Of a stretch of DNA of 64,000 nucleotides, positions 27,231-37,513 are shown piece after piece. Position 1 is the stretch's first letter. Every line of letters starts with the position of its first letter. Source of the DNA: an uncultured Clostridia bacterium (GTDB lineage Bacteria; Bacillota; Clostridia; Christensenellales; UBA1242); assembly GCA_944362705.1 (NCBI GenBank), contig CALVTO010000002.1:140818-204817 (forward strand), written 5' to 3'. The position numbers and the translations under genes are program-made. Under the pieces are notes generated by a model, which saw only the letters and a list, made by a program, of their open reading frames with translations, was not told the DNA's origin and ran no database searches.

Positions 27231-27233
27231 TTT

Positions 27234-27743
27234 TTATACTAATTCAACAATAGCCATGCTTGCGTTGTCACCACGACGAATGGTTGTTTTTAAAACGCGA
27301 GTGTAACCGCCTTTTTGGCCAAGTTCTTCAGCACGACGATCGTATTTAGGTGCTATTTCATCAAATAATTTTTCAATTAGTGGATGTTTTACATCTGATT
27401 TACGAGCTTTAAAACTTGCTGCTTTTTCGCCTGCTGCTTTTTGTTCTTCACGTGGTTTTAACATGCCAAGTAATGTTCTACGTGCTGCTAATTTTTTAGC
27501 GCCGTCTTTTGAAATGGTAACTTTCTTTTCTTTACCCTTACTATCGGTTGTTGTTTTTTCTTCAGTAACAACATCTTTGTAAGAGTTGATAGCTAGTGTG
27601 ATACATTTCTCCGCAAGACGAGCAACTTCTTTTGCACGAGATTCCGTGGTTTCGATTCTACCATACCATAACAAATCAGATGCCATATTGTTTAACATAG
27701 CAAGTCTTTGATCGGTTGGTTTGCCCAATTTTTTTGTACTCAT
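27234..27743 (-). CDS. rplQ: 50S ribosomal protein L17 (long form, with an internal basic insertion)
   Basis: The N-terminus reads LGKPTDQRLAMLNNMASDLLWYGRIETT and the C-terminus GGYTRVLKTTIRRGDNASMAIVELV. It follows rpoA. Confidence 0.95.
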   Translation of the reverse strand: MSTKKLGKPTDQRLAMLNNMASDLLWYGRIETTESRAKEVARLAEKCITLAINSYKDVVTEEKTTTDSKGKEKKVTISKDGAKKLAARRTLLGMLKPREEQKAAGEKAASFKARKSDVKHPLIEKLFDEIAPKYDRRAEELGQKGGYTRVLKTTIRRGDNASMAIVELV

Positions 27744-27763
27744 ACTACAACTTTTCTCCTCTT

Positions 27764-28720
27764 TTACTCATCTTTGGTGCGAAGACCTAAACCCATGTCT
27801 TCTAGTTTATGAATCACTTCATCTAACGATTTTCTGCCTAGGTTTTTCACTTTTAACATATCATCTTCGCTTTTCTTAATTAAATCTTCTACTGTGTTGA
27901 TATTTGCTCTTTTTAAGCAGTTATAAGAACGAACAGAAAGATCCATGTCTTCGATGCTCATTTCTAATAATTTTTGAACTTTGTCTTCTTCACGGCTAAC
28001 TAAAATAGACGTATTTTTCATGTCTTCCACAAGTTCTACAAACATGAAAATGTGGTCATTTAGCAATTTTGCTGCCAAACTTACAACTTCTTGTGCAGAC
28101 ATTGTGCCGTTTGTAGTAACTTCTAAAACCAATTTATCGAAATCGATGTTTTGACCAACACGAGTATTTTCTACGTCGTAACTTACACGTTTTACTGGGG
28201 TGAAAATTGCATCGATTGGAATATACCCAATAGGGGCATCTTCTATTTTATTATCTTCTGCAGCTACATACCCTCTGCCACGTCCAACCGTGATTTCCAT
28301 ATCAATTTCACCGTCGGTTTCTAACGTGCAAATGTAAAGATCTGGATTTAAAACCGTTACTTCATCATCGGCCGTAATGTCAGAAGCGTATACAGCACCT
28401 GTTTTATTGGTTTTTAATTTTAAAACCTTTTTAAAATCTCTATCATCTTTTGATGTTTTAACAGCTAGATTTTTTAAATTTAAAACAATTTCTGTAACAT
28501 CTTCTTTTACACCTTTGATGGTTGTAAATTCATGTTGCACACCTGCAATTTTAATTCCAATGGCAGCTGCCCCTGGTAAACTTGATAGCAATACTCTACG
28601 AAGCGCGTTACCAATGGTTGTACCAAAACCCTTTTCTAGTGGTTCTAATACAAACTTTGCGTATGCTCCGTTTTCGCCTTCCTCGCATGAAATTCTTGGC
28701 TTTTCAATTTCCAATATCAT
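27764..28720 (-). CDS. rpoA: DNA-directed RNA polymerase subunit alpha
   Basis: Contains GFGTTIGNALRRVLLSSLPGAA and the C-terminal domain sequence LSVRSYNCLKRANINTVEDL. Confidence 0.97.
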   Translation of the reverse strand: MILEIEKPRISCEEGENGAYAKFVLEPLEKGFGTTIGNALRRVLLSSLPGAAAIGIKIAGVQHEFTTIKGVKEDVTEIVLNLKNLAVKTSKDDRDFKKVLKLKTNKTGAVYASDITADDEVTVLNPDLYICTLETDGEIDMEITVGRGRGYVAAEDNKIEDAPIGYIPIDAIFTPVKRVSYDVENTRVGQNIDFDKLVLEVTTNGTMSAQEVVSLAAKLLNDHIFMFVELVEDMKNTSILVSREEDKVQKLLEMSIEDMDLSVRSYNCLKRANINTVEDLIKKSEDDMLKVKNLGRKSLDEVIHKLEDMGLGLRTKDE

Positions 28721-28745
28721 AGTGTATTCTCCTTAAACGTTATTT

Positions 28746-29372
28746 TTATTTAGAGTATAATTCGACAATCAAGTGTTCCTCAATTGCTAAATCGATATCA
28801 TCTCTTGCAGGAAGTGCTACTACTTTACCTGTTAATTTTGTTGTATCGAATTCTAACCATTTTGGTACGATAACTTTAGATTCTTTAACAGCTTTAAATA
28901 CTTCTTTGCCTTGTTTATTCTCTTTAACTGAAATAACATCGCCTACTTTAACTTGGTAGGATGGAATGTTTACACGTTTACCATTGACACAAATGTGGCC
29001 ATGGTTTACAAGCTGACGACTAGCTGCGCGACTTGGTGCTAAACCTAAACGGTATACAACGTTATCTAATCTTCTTTCAATTAAAGATAACATGTTTTCA
29101 CCAGTAATACCACGCATTCTTTCTGCTTCTTCATAGTAACTTCTAAATTGTTTTTCTAATAAGTTGTATGCCCTTTTTACCATTTGTTTTTCACGCAACT
29201 GTTTACCATAAGGGGATACTTTTTTACGCATTGTGCTTGCGCCGTGTTGTCCTGGTGCAAATGGGCGTTTTTCCATTGCACATTTTTTAGAAAGGCATCT
29301 TTCACCTTTTAAAAATAGCTTCTTACCTTCACGTCTGCACAATCTGCAATCTGATTCTGTATATCTTGCCAT
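28746..29372 (-). CDS. rpsD: 30S ribosomal protein S4
   Basis: The N-terminus reads [26 protein letters not shown]. An S4 domain ([12 protein letters not shown]) is present. Confidence 0.97.
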   Translation of the reverse strand: MARYTESDCRLCRREGKKLFLKGERCLSKKCAMEKRPFAPGQHGASTMRKKVSPYGKQLREKQMVKRAYNLLEKQFRSYYEEAERMRGITGENMLSLIERRLDNVVYRLGLAPSRAASRQLVNHGHICVNGKRVNIPSYQVKVGDVISVKENKQGKEVFKAVKESKVIVPKWLEFDTTKLTGKVVALPARDDIDLAIEEHLIVELYSK

Positions 29373-29384
29373 TCGTGTTTCCTC

Positions 29385-29777
29385 CTATATTCTTCTACGT
29401 TTTGGTGGACGACATCCATTGTGAGGGATTGGAGATACATCACGAATTAACGTTACTTCTAACTCTGCATTTTGTAATGCGCGAATAGCGTTTTCTCTAC
29501 CATTTCCTGGACCTTTAACATACACCTCAACAGATTTTAAACCATATTCTTTTGCACCTGCGGCTGCCTTTTCAGCGGCTTGACCTGCTGCAAATGGTGT
29601 GCTTTTCTTGTTTCCTTTATAACCTAAACTACCTGCACTAGACCAAGCTAAAACGTTGCCTGCAACATCGGTTATGGTTACTAATGTGTTATTAAAAGAA
29701 GCATGAATATGCACGATACCTTTATCAACATTGGTTGTAATTTTACGTTTTTTTGTTGTTTTTTTAACTTGTGCCAT
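29385..29777 (-). CDS. rpsK: 30S ribosomal protein S11
   Basis: Contains [18 protein letters not shown] and a C-terminal [13 protein letters not shown]. Confidence 0.97.
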   Translation of the reverse strand: MAQVKKTTKKRKITTNVDKGIVHIHASFNNTLVTITDVAGNVLAWSSAGSLGYKGNKKSTPFAAGQAAEKAAAGAKEYGLKSVEVYVKGPGNGRENAIRALQNAELEVTLIRDVSPIPHNGCRPPKRRRI

Positions 29778-29790
29778 TACTTATTTCTCC

Positions 29791-30156
29791 TTACTTCTTC
29801 TTTTTAGAACTAACTCTTGGCCCTTTTCTAGTTCTTGCATTGCTACTTGTTCTTTGACCACGTACTGGTAAACCTTTACGGTGACGTACACCACGGTAAC
29901 TACCAATTTCCATTAGGCCTTTAATACTCATAGCGACGTCTCTTTTTAAGTCGCCTTCAACAATTACATTTTTTTCAATGTAATCACGAATAAGAGTGAC
30001 TTGATTTTCTGTTAAATCTTTCACTCTAACGTCTGGGCTAATGCCCGTTTCTTTTAAAATTTTGTTTGAAGTAGAACGGCCAATACCGAAAATATAGGTT
30101 AAGCCAATTTCTACACGTTTATCGTTTGGTAAATCTACACCAGCGATTCTTGCCAT
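29791..30156 (-). CDS. rpsM: 30S ribosomal protein S13
   Basis: The N-terminus reads [26 protein letters not shown]. Confidence 0.97.
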   Translation of the reverse strand: MARIAGVDLPNDKRVEIGLTYIFGIGRSTSNKILKETGISPDVRVKDLTENQVTLIRDYIEKNVIVEGDLKRDVAMSIKGLMEIGSYRGVRHRKGLPVRGQRTSSNARTRKGPRVSSKKKK

Positions 30157-30243
30157 GGTTTTCCTCCAATTTCATAGATTCAAATTTTTTTATATGAACA
30201 TAGTTGTTCTTTGCCGCGTTCAACTATGGTTTTTTTCGTATTT

Positions 30244-30360
30244 CTAACCTTGCACTTGTTTGTGTCTAGGATTTTTAGAGCAAATTACGCGAATTTTGCC
30301 ATCTCTTTTAATAACTTTGCAGCTATCACATCTTGGTTTAACACTAGGTTTAACTTTCAT
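30244..30360 (-). CDS. rpmJ: 50S ribosomal protein L36 (zinc-binding form)
   Basis: Hand-translated as [38 protein letters not shown]-stop. It falls below the ORF-track size cutoff and lies between infA and rpsM. Confidence 0.93.
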   Translation of the reverse strand: MKVKPSVKPRCDSCKVIKRDGKIRVICSKNPRHKQVQG

Positions 30361-30384
30361 ATCCTTACTCTCCTTTTACAAGCG

Positions 30385-30603
30385 TTATTTATTACGCCAT
30401 ACAATTCTTCCTTTCGTTAAGTCGTACGGACTCATTTCCATTTTGACGGTATCACCTTCAAAAACTTTAATGTTGTTTTGTCTTAATTTACCTGATAGGT
30501 ATGCCATGACAATATGACCATTCATAAGTTTTACCTTAAAGGTTGCACCCGGCATAGCTTCTACAACCACACCTTCGGTTTCAATAACGTCATCTTTACT
30601 CAT
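30385..30603 (-). CDS. infA: Translation initiation factor IF-1
   Basis: 72 aa, with [20 protein letters not shown]...[13 protein letters not shown]. Confidence 0.97.
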   Translation of the reverse strand: MSKDDVIETEGVVVEAMPGATFKVKLMNGHIVMAYLSGKLRQNNIKVFEGDTVKMEMSPYDLTKGRIVWRNK

Positions 30604-30621
30604 AGGTTTTTCTCCCTTACA

Positions 30622-31365
30622 TTATAGCGTTAATATCTCTACGCCTGTTTTTGTTATTACGATTGTATTTTCATAATGTGCAGATGGTAAGCCATCACGA
30701 GTTTTGCAAACCCATTCTTTTGGAAAACTCATTGCGTAAGACCCCATATTTACCATGGGCTCTACAGCCAATGTCATGCCTGCAACTAGTTTCATGCCTG
30801 TGCCTTTGTTGCCATAATTTGGTACGTTTGGTGCTTCGTGTAAATTTGCGCCCACTCCGTGCCCAACCAAATCACGCACAACAGAAAAGCCATGTTTTTC
30901 AACATATTCTTGTACCGCACCGCCAATATCGCCTAAGCGACTGCCTTCTTTAATGTTTTTAATACCTTCAAAGAAGCTTTGCTTTGTGACATCGATAAGT
31001 TTTTGTTTTTCTGGGCTAATGTTACCCACTGCATATGTACGTGCTGCATCTGCATGGTACCCATGTACCACAGCACCCACATCTATACCAATAATTTGCC
31101 CCTCTTGTAAAATTTGGTCAGCACGAGGTATTCCGTGCACCACAACATCATCTACCGAAGTACACAACGTTGCAGGGAAACCTTGGTAATGCAAAAAAGA
31201 TGGTTTTGCTTTATGCTCTATTATATATGCATGCGCAATTTTGTCAAGTTCTAAGGTGGATATTCCCGGCTTTATAACCTTTTCAAGTTCCTGAAATAAC
31301 CCGCTTAAAATTTTGCCTGCCTCTCGCATATATGAAATTTGTTTTTCATTTTTAATGGTTATCAT
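30622..31365 (-). CDS. map: Methionine aminopeptidase type I
   Basis: Carries metal-ligand motifs (IGIDVGAVVHGYHADAARTY, GHGVG, EPM). Conserved position after adk. Confidence 0.95.
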   Translation of the reverse strand: MITIKNEKQISYMREAGKILSGLFQELEKVIKPGISTLELDKIAHAYIIEHKAKPSFLHYQGFPATLCTSVDDVVVHGIPRADQILQEGQIIGIDVGAVVHGYHADAARTYAVGNISPEKQKLIDVTKQSFFEGIKNIKEGSRLGDIGGAVQEYVEKHGFSVVRDLVGHGVGANLHEAPNVPNYGNKGTGMKLVAGMTLAVEPMVNMGSYAMSFPKEWVCKTRDGLPSAHYENTIVITKTGVEILTL

Positions 31366-31984
31366 GTTTTTTGATTGCCTCCATAATGCCTTGATAAACG
31401 GTTAGCATATCGGCATCGCCTTCCACAACTTCCAAAATGCCCATGGTTTTATATTCTTCAATCATGGGTTGTGTTTCTTTATGAAACACTTGTAAACGAT
31501 TTCGTATGGTTTGTACGTTATCGTCGGAGCGAATCATAAGAGCGCCCCCACACTTAGGGCAACGCTCTGTAACCAAATGCGAAATATGATATGTTTCTCC
31601 ACAACTGGTACATACACGTCTGCCCGTTAAGCGTGCTTCTAGCGCACTATCTTCAATTTGAATAAGTACGGCTACGTCGGTTTTAATTTTTTTAGAAATT
31701 GCTTCTAATTGTTCTTTATTTCTTGGAAAGCCATCTAATACAAACCCTTTTTTACAATCAGGTTGCTTTAAACGTTCTTCTAATAATTTAAGCACAAGTT
31801 CCATAGGTACAAATGCACCTTTATTCATATACTCTTTCGCTTGTAACCCAAGTTCTGTACCTTGTTTTACAGCTTGGCGAAGTAAATCGCCCGTAGATAT
31901 ATGTGCTAAATGTAAATTTTTACATACAAGCGCAGCTTGTGTGCCTTTACCTGACCCTGGTGCGCCTAAAAGAACAACGTTCAT
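31352..31984 (-). CDS. adk: Adenylate kinase with zinc-binding lid
   Basis: Has the GAPGSGKGTQ P-loop and the lid motif CTSCGETYH...CPKCGG. Confidence 0.96.
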   Translation of the reverse strand: MNVVLLGAPGSGKGTQAALVCKNLHLAHISTGDLLRQAVKQGTELGLQAKEYMNKGAFVPMELVLKLLEERLKQPDCKKGFVLDGFPRNKEQLEAISKKIKTDVAVLIQIEDSALEARLTGRRVCTSCGETYHISHLVTERCPKCGGALMIRSDDNVQTIRNRLQVFHKETQPMIEEYKTMGILEVVEGDADMLTVYQGIMEAIKKHDNH

Positions 31985-31993
31985 ACTTTCCCC

Positions 31994-33307
31994 CTAAAGA
32001 ATGTTTTTATGTCTTTTCATCATAAGTTGTGCATCAAGTGCTGTACCGAACTCGATAGCAACACTTACAACGATTAACATACCTGTTGCAGTAAACGCAT
32101 TTAACAATTCTAGCGAACCACCAGCAACCAATCTAAATATAATAGATGGAACAATAGCAATAAATGCTAAGAAAATAGCTCCAAACAACGTAATTCTTTT
32201 AGATACTTTGGTTAAATAATCGGTGGTTGGTTTTCCTGGACGAATACCTGGAATGAACCCGCCATGTTGTTGAATGTTTTGTGATACATCAACAGGATTG
32301 AATTGAATTTGTGCATAGAAATATGCAAAAAACAATATAAGTAAGCCAACTAAAATACTATATACAACGCCACCAGCGCCTAAATAGTCATAATAGAATT
32401 TCGCAAACCAACCACTATCCCTTGTAACACCCGCTAATTGCATAATGATATTTGGGAACGTAATAATAGCTGTTGCAAAAATAATTGGCATAACACCCGT
32501 TCCATTTACTTTAAGTGGTATATAACTGTTTTGACCACCATACATTTTTCTTCCTTTAATTTGTTTTGCATATTGTACAGGAATTTTTCTTTCTGACATA
32601 TCGATAAACACAATTAAAGTGAAAATAACAAATGCTAATGCTAAGAAACCTAACAATTCCCATCCTGCAGACATGTTGCCAGAGAACATGTTGGAAATAG
32701 CATTCACAATAGATTGTGCAGCTGTTGCAATAATACCTACAAAGATGATTAAAGATACACCGTTGCCAACTTGACGTTCGGTAATTCTATCACCTAACCA
32801 CATAGTAAAGCATGTACCTGCAACAAACACAAGCACAACAAAGCAAGCCGTTAACCAAATTGGCGCGTTTGCACCAAATACAGAAACTAAATTATCTGTA
32901 CCAAAACCCAACACAATACCAATGCCTTGCGCAATAGCTAAAATAATAGCAACAATTTTGGTAATTAGATTTATTTTTTGTTTTCCGTCATCGCCTTGTT
33001 TGCTTAGTCTTTCTAATGCAGGAATACCTACCGTAAGTAATTGCATGATAATAGATGCGTTAATATATGGGGTAACACCCAATGCTAAAAACGCACCATT
33101 TGCAAGCGCACTACCTGTAACCGCATTTAGTAAGCCGAGAATTCCAACACCCGTTTCATTTGAAATGGCCGAAGCGTATGCGTCGGGGTTAATACCTGGT
33201 ACTGGAAGGAAGCAGCCTACCCTATATATTAGTAACAACAAAACGGTTATTAATATATTGCGTCTTAATTCTTTATTCCTAAAAGCTTCCGCTAGGGTTT
33301 TAAACAT
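31994..33307 (-). CDS. secY: Preprotein translocase subunit SecY
   Basis: 437 aa, 10-TM pattern. Conserved position between rplO and adk. Confidence 0.96.
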   Translation of the reverse strand: MFKTLAEAFRNKELRRNILITVLLLLIYRVGCFLPVPGINPDAYASAISNETGVGILGLLNAVTGSALANGAFLALGVTPYINASIIMQLLTVGIPALERLSKQGDDGKQKINLITKIVAIILAIAQGIGIVLGFGTDNLVSVFGANAPIWLTACFVVLVFVAGTCFTMWLGDRITERQVGNGVSLIIFVGIIATAAQSIVNAISNMFSGNMSAGWELLGFLALAFVIFTLIVFIDMSERKIPVQYAKQIKGRKMYGGQNSYIPLKVNGTGVMPIIFATAIITFPNIIMQLAGVTRDSGWFAKFYYDYLGAGGVVYSILVGLLILFFAYFYAQIQFNPVDVSQNIQQHGGFIPGIRPGKPTTDYLTKVSKRITLFGAIFLAFIAIVPSIIFRLVAGGSLELLNAFTATGMLIVVSVAIEFGTALDAQLMMKRHKNIL

Positions 33308-33759
33308 TAAATCACCTCTACACTGCCACCGGCTTTGGTAATTTTATCTATTGCAGATTGAGAGAATTTAGCTGCTTTTACGTTAAGTGCTTTTGTTAAT
33401 TCTCCGTTACCAATTACTTTTAAGCCGTATGGTTGGATTTTACTAATAACTCCTTTACTTTTTAAGAATTCAGCAGTAATGGTTGTATTGGTATCAAATT
33501 GTTCTAACAAACTAACATTGATTACTGTGTATTCCTTCCTCCAATTATTTGTGAAACCACGTTTAGGTAATTGACGAATTAAAGGCATTTGACCGCCTTC
33601 GAATCCTGGACGAACGCCACCGCCAGAGCGTGCATTTTGACCTTTGTGACCTTTACCGCTGGTTTTGCCTAAACCAGAACCAATACCACGACCTAATCTT
33701 TTGTTAGAAAAGGTGCTGTTTGGTGCTGGAGATAAAGAATGTATATTCATTTCACTCAT
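33307..33759 (-). CDS. rplO: 50S ribosomal protein L15
   Basis: Contains [41 protein letters not shown]. Confidence 0.96.
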   Translation of the reverse strand: MSEMNIHSLSPAPNSTFSNKRLGRGIGSGLGKTSGKGHKGQNARSGGGVRPGFEGGQMPLIRQLPKRGFTNNWRKEYTVINVSLLEQFDTNTTITAEFLKSKGVISKIQPYGLKVIGNGELTKALNVKAAKFSQSAIDKITKAGGSVEVI

Positions 33760-33771
33760 GACGCTAGCCTC

Positions 33772-34275
33772 CTACTTTACTTCCTCAACGGTTACCATGT
33801 GACGAACCACATGTATCATACCGCGAGTTGCAGCATTATCTGCAAGTATTGCAGAACTACGGATTTTCTTTAACCCTAATGCTTGAATTGTTCTTTTTTG
33901 TTTTATTAAAGCACCGTTAGTACTTCTAACCAAGGTAACCTTAACTTTAGGACCTTGCACTTCTTTTTTTGCAGGAGCAGTTTTAACTTCAGCTACTGGA
34001 GCTTCTACTTTTACTTCTGCTTTTACTTCTGCTTTTACTTCTTTTACAGGAGCTTTTTTTGCAGAAGCAGTTTTTGCTGTTTTTGTTGCAGCTACTTCTT
34101 TGGTAGCTGAAGCTTTTGTTGTTGCTGATTTTTTTGTTGCAGCCGTTTTGGTTGCAGGTTTTGTTTCAGCAGTTTTTGTAGCGGTTGTTTTTGCTGCTGG
34201 AGCTTTTTTTGCAGTTGTTTTTTTCGTTTCTGCTGTTGCTTTTGCAGTTGCTACTTTTTTTGTTGTTTCTGCCAT
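33772..34275 (-). CDS. rpmD: 50S ribosomal protein L30 with a ~105-aa Lys/Ala/Thr-rich N-terminal extension
   Basis: The C-terminal 60 aa (KVKVTLVRSTNGALIKQKRTIQALGLKKIRSSAILADNAATRGMIHVVRHMVTVEEV) form a canonical uL30. A strong AGGAGG RBS sits at the distal ATG (34275), and no Met lies near the core. Confidence 0.9.
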   Translation of the reverse strand: MAETTKKVATAKATAETKKTTAKKAPAAKTTATKTAETKPATKTAATKKSATTKASATKEVAATKTAKTASAKKAPVKEVKAEVKAEVKVEAPVAEVKTAPAKKEVQGPKVKVTLVRSTNGALIKQKRTIQALGLKKIRSSAILADNAATRGMIHVVRHMVTVEEVK

Positions 34276-34284
34276 AATAGCCTC

Positions 34285-34800
34285 CTATAAAATTTCTTCT
34301 ACTTTTTTACCGCGAAGTTGTGCAATTTCTTCTGCAGTTTTTAAAGATAACAACCCGTTCATTGTTGCTTTCACGCAGTTTACAGGATTGTTAGAACCAT
34401 ACATTTTACAAGTAATGTTTTTAATGCCAACAAGTTCTACAACATCACGTACAGGACCGCCGGCAATAATACCATTACCTTCTTTAGCAGGTTGCATAAT
34501 AATTTTTGTTTTTTCATATTTACCAATCACTTCGTGAGGAATGGTACCGTTGATAATAGAAATGGTTTTTAAATCTCTTTTCGCAGCTTGTGTTGCTTTT
34601 TCAGAAGCCATTGGAACTTCTGCGCCTTTGCCCATACCCATTCCAACTCTACCTTTTTTATCGCCAACCACAACAAGCGCGCTAAAACGCATTTTTCTAC
34701 CACCTTTAACAACTTTGGTGATACGGTTAACGTCTACGACTTTCTTTTCGAATTCATCAACCGGTCTTTCAAATTTTTTCTCAGATCTTTCTCTTGCCAT
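34285..34800 (-). CDS. rpsE: 30S ribosomal protein S5
   Basis: Contains VVDVNRITKVVKGGRKMRFSALVVVGDKKGRVGMGMGKGAEVP. Confidence 0.97.
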   Translation of the reverse strand: MARERSEKKFERPVDEFEKKVVDVNRITKVVKGGRKMRFSALVVVGDKKGRVGMGMGKGAEVPMASEKATQAAKRDLKTISIINGTIPHEVIGKYEKTKIIMQPAKEGNGIIAGGPVRDVVELVGIKNITCKMYGSNNPVNCVKATMNGLLSLKTAEEIAQLRGKKVEEIL

Positions 34801-34811
34801 AGCTTATCTCC

Positions 34812-35180
34812 TTAGAACTTCAATCCAGCTTCTCTTGCGCCTTCAGCTAAACGTGCAACACGTCCAGTGTAGATGTAACCACCGCGGTCGAAAACAACTT
34901 CTTTAATTCCTGTTTTTAACGCGCGTTTTGCAACATCTTGACCAACAAGGTAAGCTTGTTCTTTTTTATTTTTTCCAGCCATTTTTGTGGCAAGTTTTTT
35001 GTCAAGAGTAGAAGAACTGCAAAGTGTGTTACCTTTTGTGTCGTCAATAACTTGTGCGTAAATGTTTGTGGTTGAACGATAAACATTTAGACGAGGACGT
35101 TCAGCAGTACCAACAACTTTGTTTCTGACTCTTGCATGCTTTTTTACTCTTATTTCGTTTTTATCAGCTTTACGAATCAT
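34812..35180 (-). CDS. rplR: 50S ribosomal protein L18
   Basis: Contains [20 protein letters not shown] and a C-terminal [14 protein letters not shown]. Confidence 0.97.
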   Translation of the reverse strand: MIRKADKNEIRVKKHARVRNKVVGTAERPRLNVYRSTTNIYAQVIDDTKGNTLCSSSTLDKKLATKMAGKNKKEQAYLVGQDVAKRALKTGIKEVVFDRGGYIYTGRVARLAEGAREAGLKF

Positions 35181-35193
35181 ACTTTTCTACTCC

Positions 35194-35757
35194 TTATTTC
35201 TTTTTAGATGCTTTCTTAACTTCTTTGCGAAGTACGAATTGATCTTTGTAACGAATGCCATATCCGTGATATGGTTCTACAGGTTTAACGGCTTTGATAT
35301 CGGCAGCAACTTGACCAACAAGTTCTTTATCGATACCTTTAACGCAAATTTCTGTAGCATTTGGTGTGGTAATTTCAATACCTGTAGGAATTTCAAAATT
35401 TACAGGATGTGAAAAACCAATGTTCATAACAAGTTTGTTACCATTAACTTGTGCTTTGTAACCAACACCGCTAATTAAAAGTGTTTTAGAATACCCTTCC
35501 GTAACACCTTTTACCATGTTGGCAAGTAATGCACGATATAACCCGTGTTTGCTACGAACTTCTTTTTGATCGTTTGCGCGAGTTAATACTAGGCAGTTTT
35601 TACCATCTACTTCTGTTTTATTTACAGTAATAACGGACATATCTACCCATTCACGCAATGTACCTTTAGGGCCAGTAACAATAACGTTTCCATCGACAGT
35701 AATATCAGCGGTAACGTTTTCTGGAATCATAATAGGAGCTCTACCAATTCGACTCAT
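35194..35757 (-). CDS. rplF: 50S ribosomal protein L6
   Basis: The start was set at ATG 35757 (MSRIGRAPIMIPENV, RBS AGGAGG). The ORF-track start lies further upstream, inside rpsH. Confidence 0.95.
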   Translation of the reverse strand: MSRIGRAPIMIPENVTADITVDGNVIVTGPKGTLREWVDMSVITVNKTEVDGKNCLVLTRANDQKEVRSKHGLYRALLANMVKGVTEGYSKTLLISGVGYKAQVNGNKLVMNIGFSHPVNFEIPTGIEITTPNATEICVKGIDKELVGQVAADIKAVKPVEPYHGYGIRYKDQFVLRKEVKKASKKK

Positions 35758-35767
35758 AGTGCACCTC

Positions 35768-36169
35768 CTACCATACGTAAGCAAGTACTTCGCCACCAAC
35801 GCCAAGTTTTCTTGCTTCCCTATCTGTCATAATACCTTTGCTGGTGGAAATGATGGCAATTCCTAAACCATTTAATACTTTAGGAAGTTCGTTGCTACCA
35901 GCATAAATACGTAAACCTGGTTTTGAAATTCTTTTTAAACCAGAAATAACTTTTTCGTTATTAGGACCGTATTTTAATGTAATTAGAAGGTTTGGTTGCA
36001 CACTGTTTTCATCAACAACAGTTACACCTTGAATATAACCTTCGTTTAAAAGGATATTGGCAATTGCAAGTTTCATTTTAGATACAGGAACAATTGCTGT
36101 TTCGTGTTTTGCAGTTTGTGCATTACGAATACGTGTAAGCATATCTGCAATAGGATCTGTAACGATCAT
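35768..36169 (-). CDS. rpsH: 30S ribosomal protein S8
   Basis: The start was set at ATG 36169 ([25 protein letters not shown]). Confidence 0.95.
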   Translation of the reverse strand: MIVTDPIADMLTRIRNAQTAKHETAIVPVSKMKLAIANILLNEGYIQGVTVVDENSVQPNLLITLKYGPNNEKVISGLKRISKPGLRIYAGSNELPKVLNGLGIAIISTSKGIMTDREARKLGVGGEVLAYVW

Positions 36170-36180
36170 ATGTGTGCCTC

Positions 36181-36366
36181 CTACCAACTAGATTTTTTCA
36201 CACCAGGGATTTCACCCTTGTATGCTAATTCTCTAAAGCAAATTCTGCAGATACCGTATTTTTTCAAAACGGCATGTGGACGTCCACAAATACTGCAACG
36301 TGTATATTCACGTGTAGAGAATTTTTGCGACTTTTGTTGTTTATTGATCATTGATTTCTTTGCCAT
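36181..36366 (-). CDS. rpsN: 30S ribosomal protein S14 type Z (zinc-binding, 61 aa)
   Basis: Has the [20 protein letters not shown] CxxC...CxxC motif and the short form length. Confidence 0.96.
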   Translation of the reverse strand: MAKKSMINKQQKSQKFSTREYTRCSICGRPHAVLKKYGICRICFRELAYKGEIPGVKKSSW

Positions 36367-36376
36367 AGTACACTCC

Positions 36377-36943
36377 TTATGCTTTAAAAGGCATGCCCAT
36401 TAAAGACAACAACGATTTAGCTTCTTTATCTGTTTTAGCAGTTGTAACGAAGCAAACATCGAACCCACGAATTTTTTCGATTTTATCGTAAACAATTTCA
36501 GGGAAAATAAGTTGTTCTTTAACGCCAATAGCGTAGTTACCTCTACCATCGAAAGATTTGGTAGATACGCCTCTAAAATCGCGCACTCGAGGAAGCGCAA
36601 TTGCAATGAATTTATCCATAAATTCATACATTCTATCCCCACGAAGAGTCACCTTGGCACCAATGCTCATACCCTCTCTTAATTTGAAGTTTGCGACAGA
36701 CTTCTTAGCACGGGTAACCACAGGTTTTTGACCTGCAATTGCAGCAAGTTCTTCTACTGCAAGTTTGAAGGATTTACTGTTATCTTTTACATCACCTAAG
36801 CCCATGTTTAAAACAATTTTTTCTAAACGAGGAACTTCGTTAACGTTTTTGTAACCGTATTCTTTAATAAGCGCAGGAACGACTGTTTTTTTGTATATAG
36901 CGCGTAGTCGATTTACTGCACTTGTTTCTTTATTTGTACTCAT
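36377..36943 (-). CDS. rplE: 50S ribosomal protein L5
   Basis: Contains [15 protein letters not shown] and [28 protein letters not shown]. Confidence 0.97.
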   Translation of the reverse strand: MSTNKETSAVNRLRAIYKKTVVPALIKEYGYKNVNEVPRLEKIVLNMGLGDVKDNSKSFKLAVEELAAIAGQKPVVTRAKKSVANFKLREGMSIGAKVTLRGDRMYEFMDKFIAIALPRVRDFRGVSTKSFDGRGNYAIGVKEQLIFPEIVYDKIEKIRGFDVCFVTTAKTDKEAKSLLSLMGMPFKA

Positions 36944-36967
36944 TTGTTTTCTCCTATAAAATTTTGA

Positions 36968-37504
36968 CTATTCAGCTTTTTTAGCAGTTGTTTTTTTAGC
37001 TGTTGTTTTTTTTGCTGGAGCTTTCTTTTCTGTTGCTTCAACTTTTTTTTCAGCTTTTACTTCAACTTCTGCTTTTTTTGCTTTGGATGCAGTCTTTTTT
37101 GCTGGAGCTGTTTCAGCGTCAGCAGTATCAACTTTTTTTGCAGGTGCTTTTTTAGCTGTTTTCTTTTCAACTTTTGCACTTGCAGCATCTAGTGACTTAC
37201 CGCACTTGCATACGCGAATTTTTTTACCATCTTCCATTTTGTGGTATACGCGTGTTGCTTTTCCACAAGCAGGGCAAACGATCATAACGTTAGAAACATG
37301 AATGCTTCCTTCTTTTTTAATGATGCCACCTTTATCTTGTGCACTTTTTGGTTTTGTATGGCGAGAAATGATGTTTACGCCTTCTACCGTAATTCTTTGT
37401 TTTGCAGGGAAGCAAGCCAATACTTTACCTTGTTTGCCTTTATCTTTACCAGCAATAACCACTACGGTATCGCCTTTACGAACGTTTAGATTACCTTGAC
37501 TCAT
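36968..37504 (-). CDS. rplX: 50S ribosomal protein L24 with a zinc-ribbon insertion and a ~70-aa Lys/Ala-rich C-terminal extension
   Basis: The uL24 core reads [22 protein letters not shown]...[19 protein letters not shown]...VCKCGKSL. The tail [11 protein letters not shown]...[19 protein letters not shown] follows in the same frame up to the stop at 36968. Confidence 0.9.
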   Translation of the reverse strand: MSQGNLNVRKGDTVVVIAGKDKGKQGKVLACFPAKQRITVEGVNIISRHTKPKSAQDKGGIIKKEGSIHVSNVMIVCPACGKATRVYHKMEDGKKIRVCKCGKSLDAASAKVEKKTAKKAPAKKVDTADAETAPAKKTASKAKKAEVEVKAEKKVEATEKKAPAKKTTAKKTTAKKAE

Positions 37505-37513
37505 AGTTCCCTC

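Noticed and set aside
34100-34537. 145-aa plus-strand ORF (and similar ones at 37083-37499, 39600-39968, 28377-28736, 32922-33341) antisense to ribosomal protein, rpoA or secY genes
   Set aside because: These are mirror-frame artefacts opposite highly conserved coding sequence. They have low-complexity translations, no RBS, and the sense-strand genes are unambiguous.
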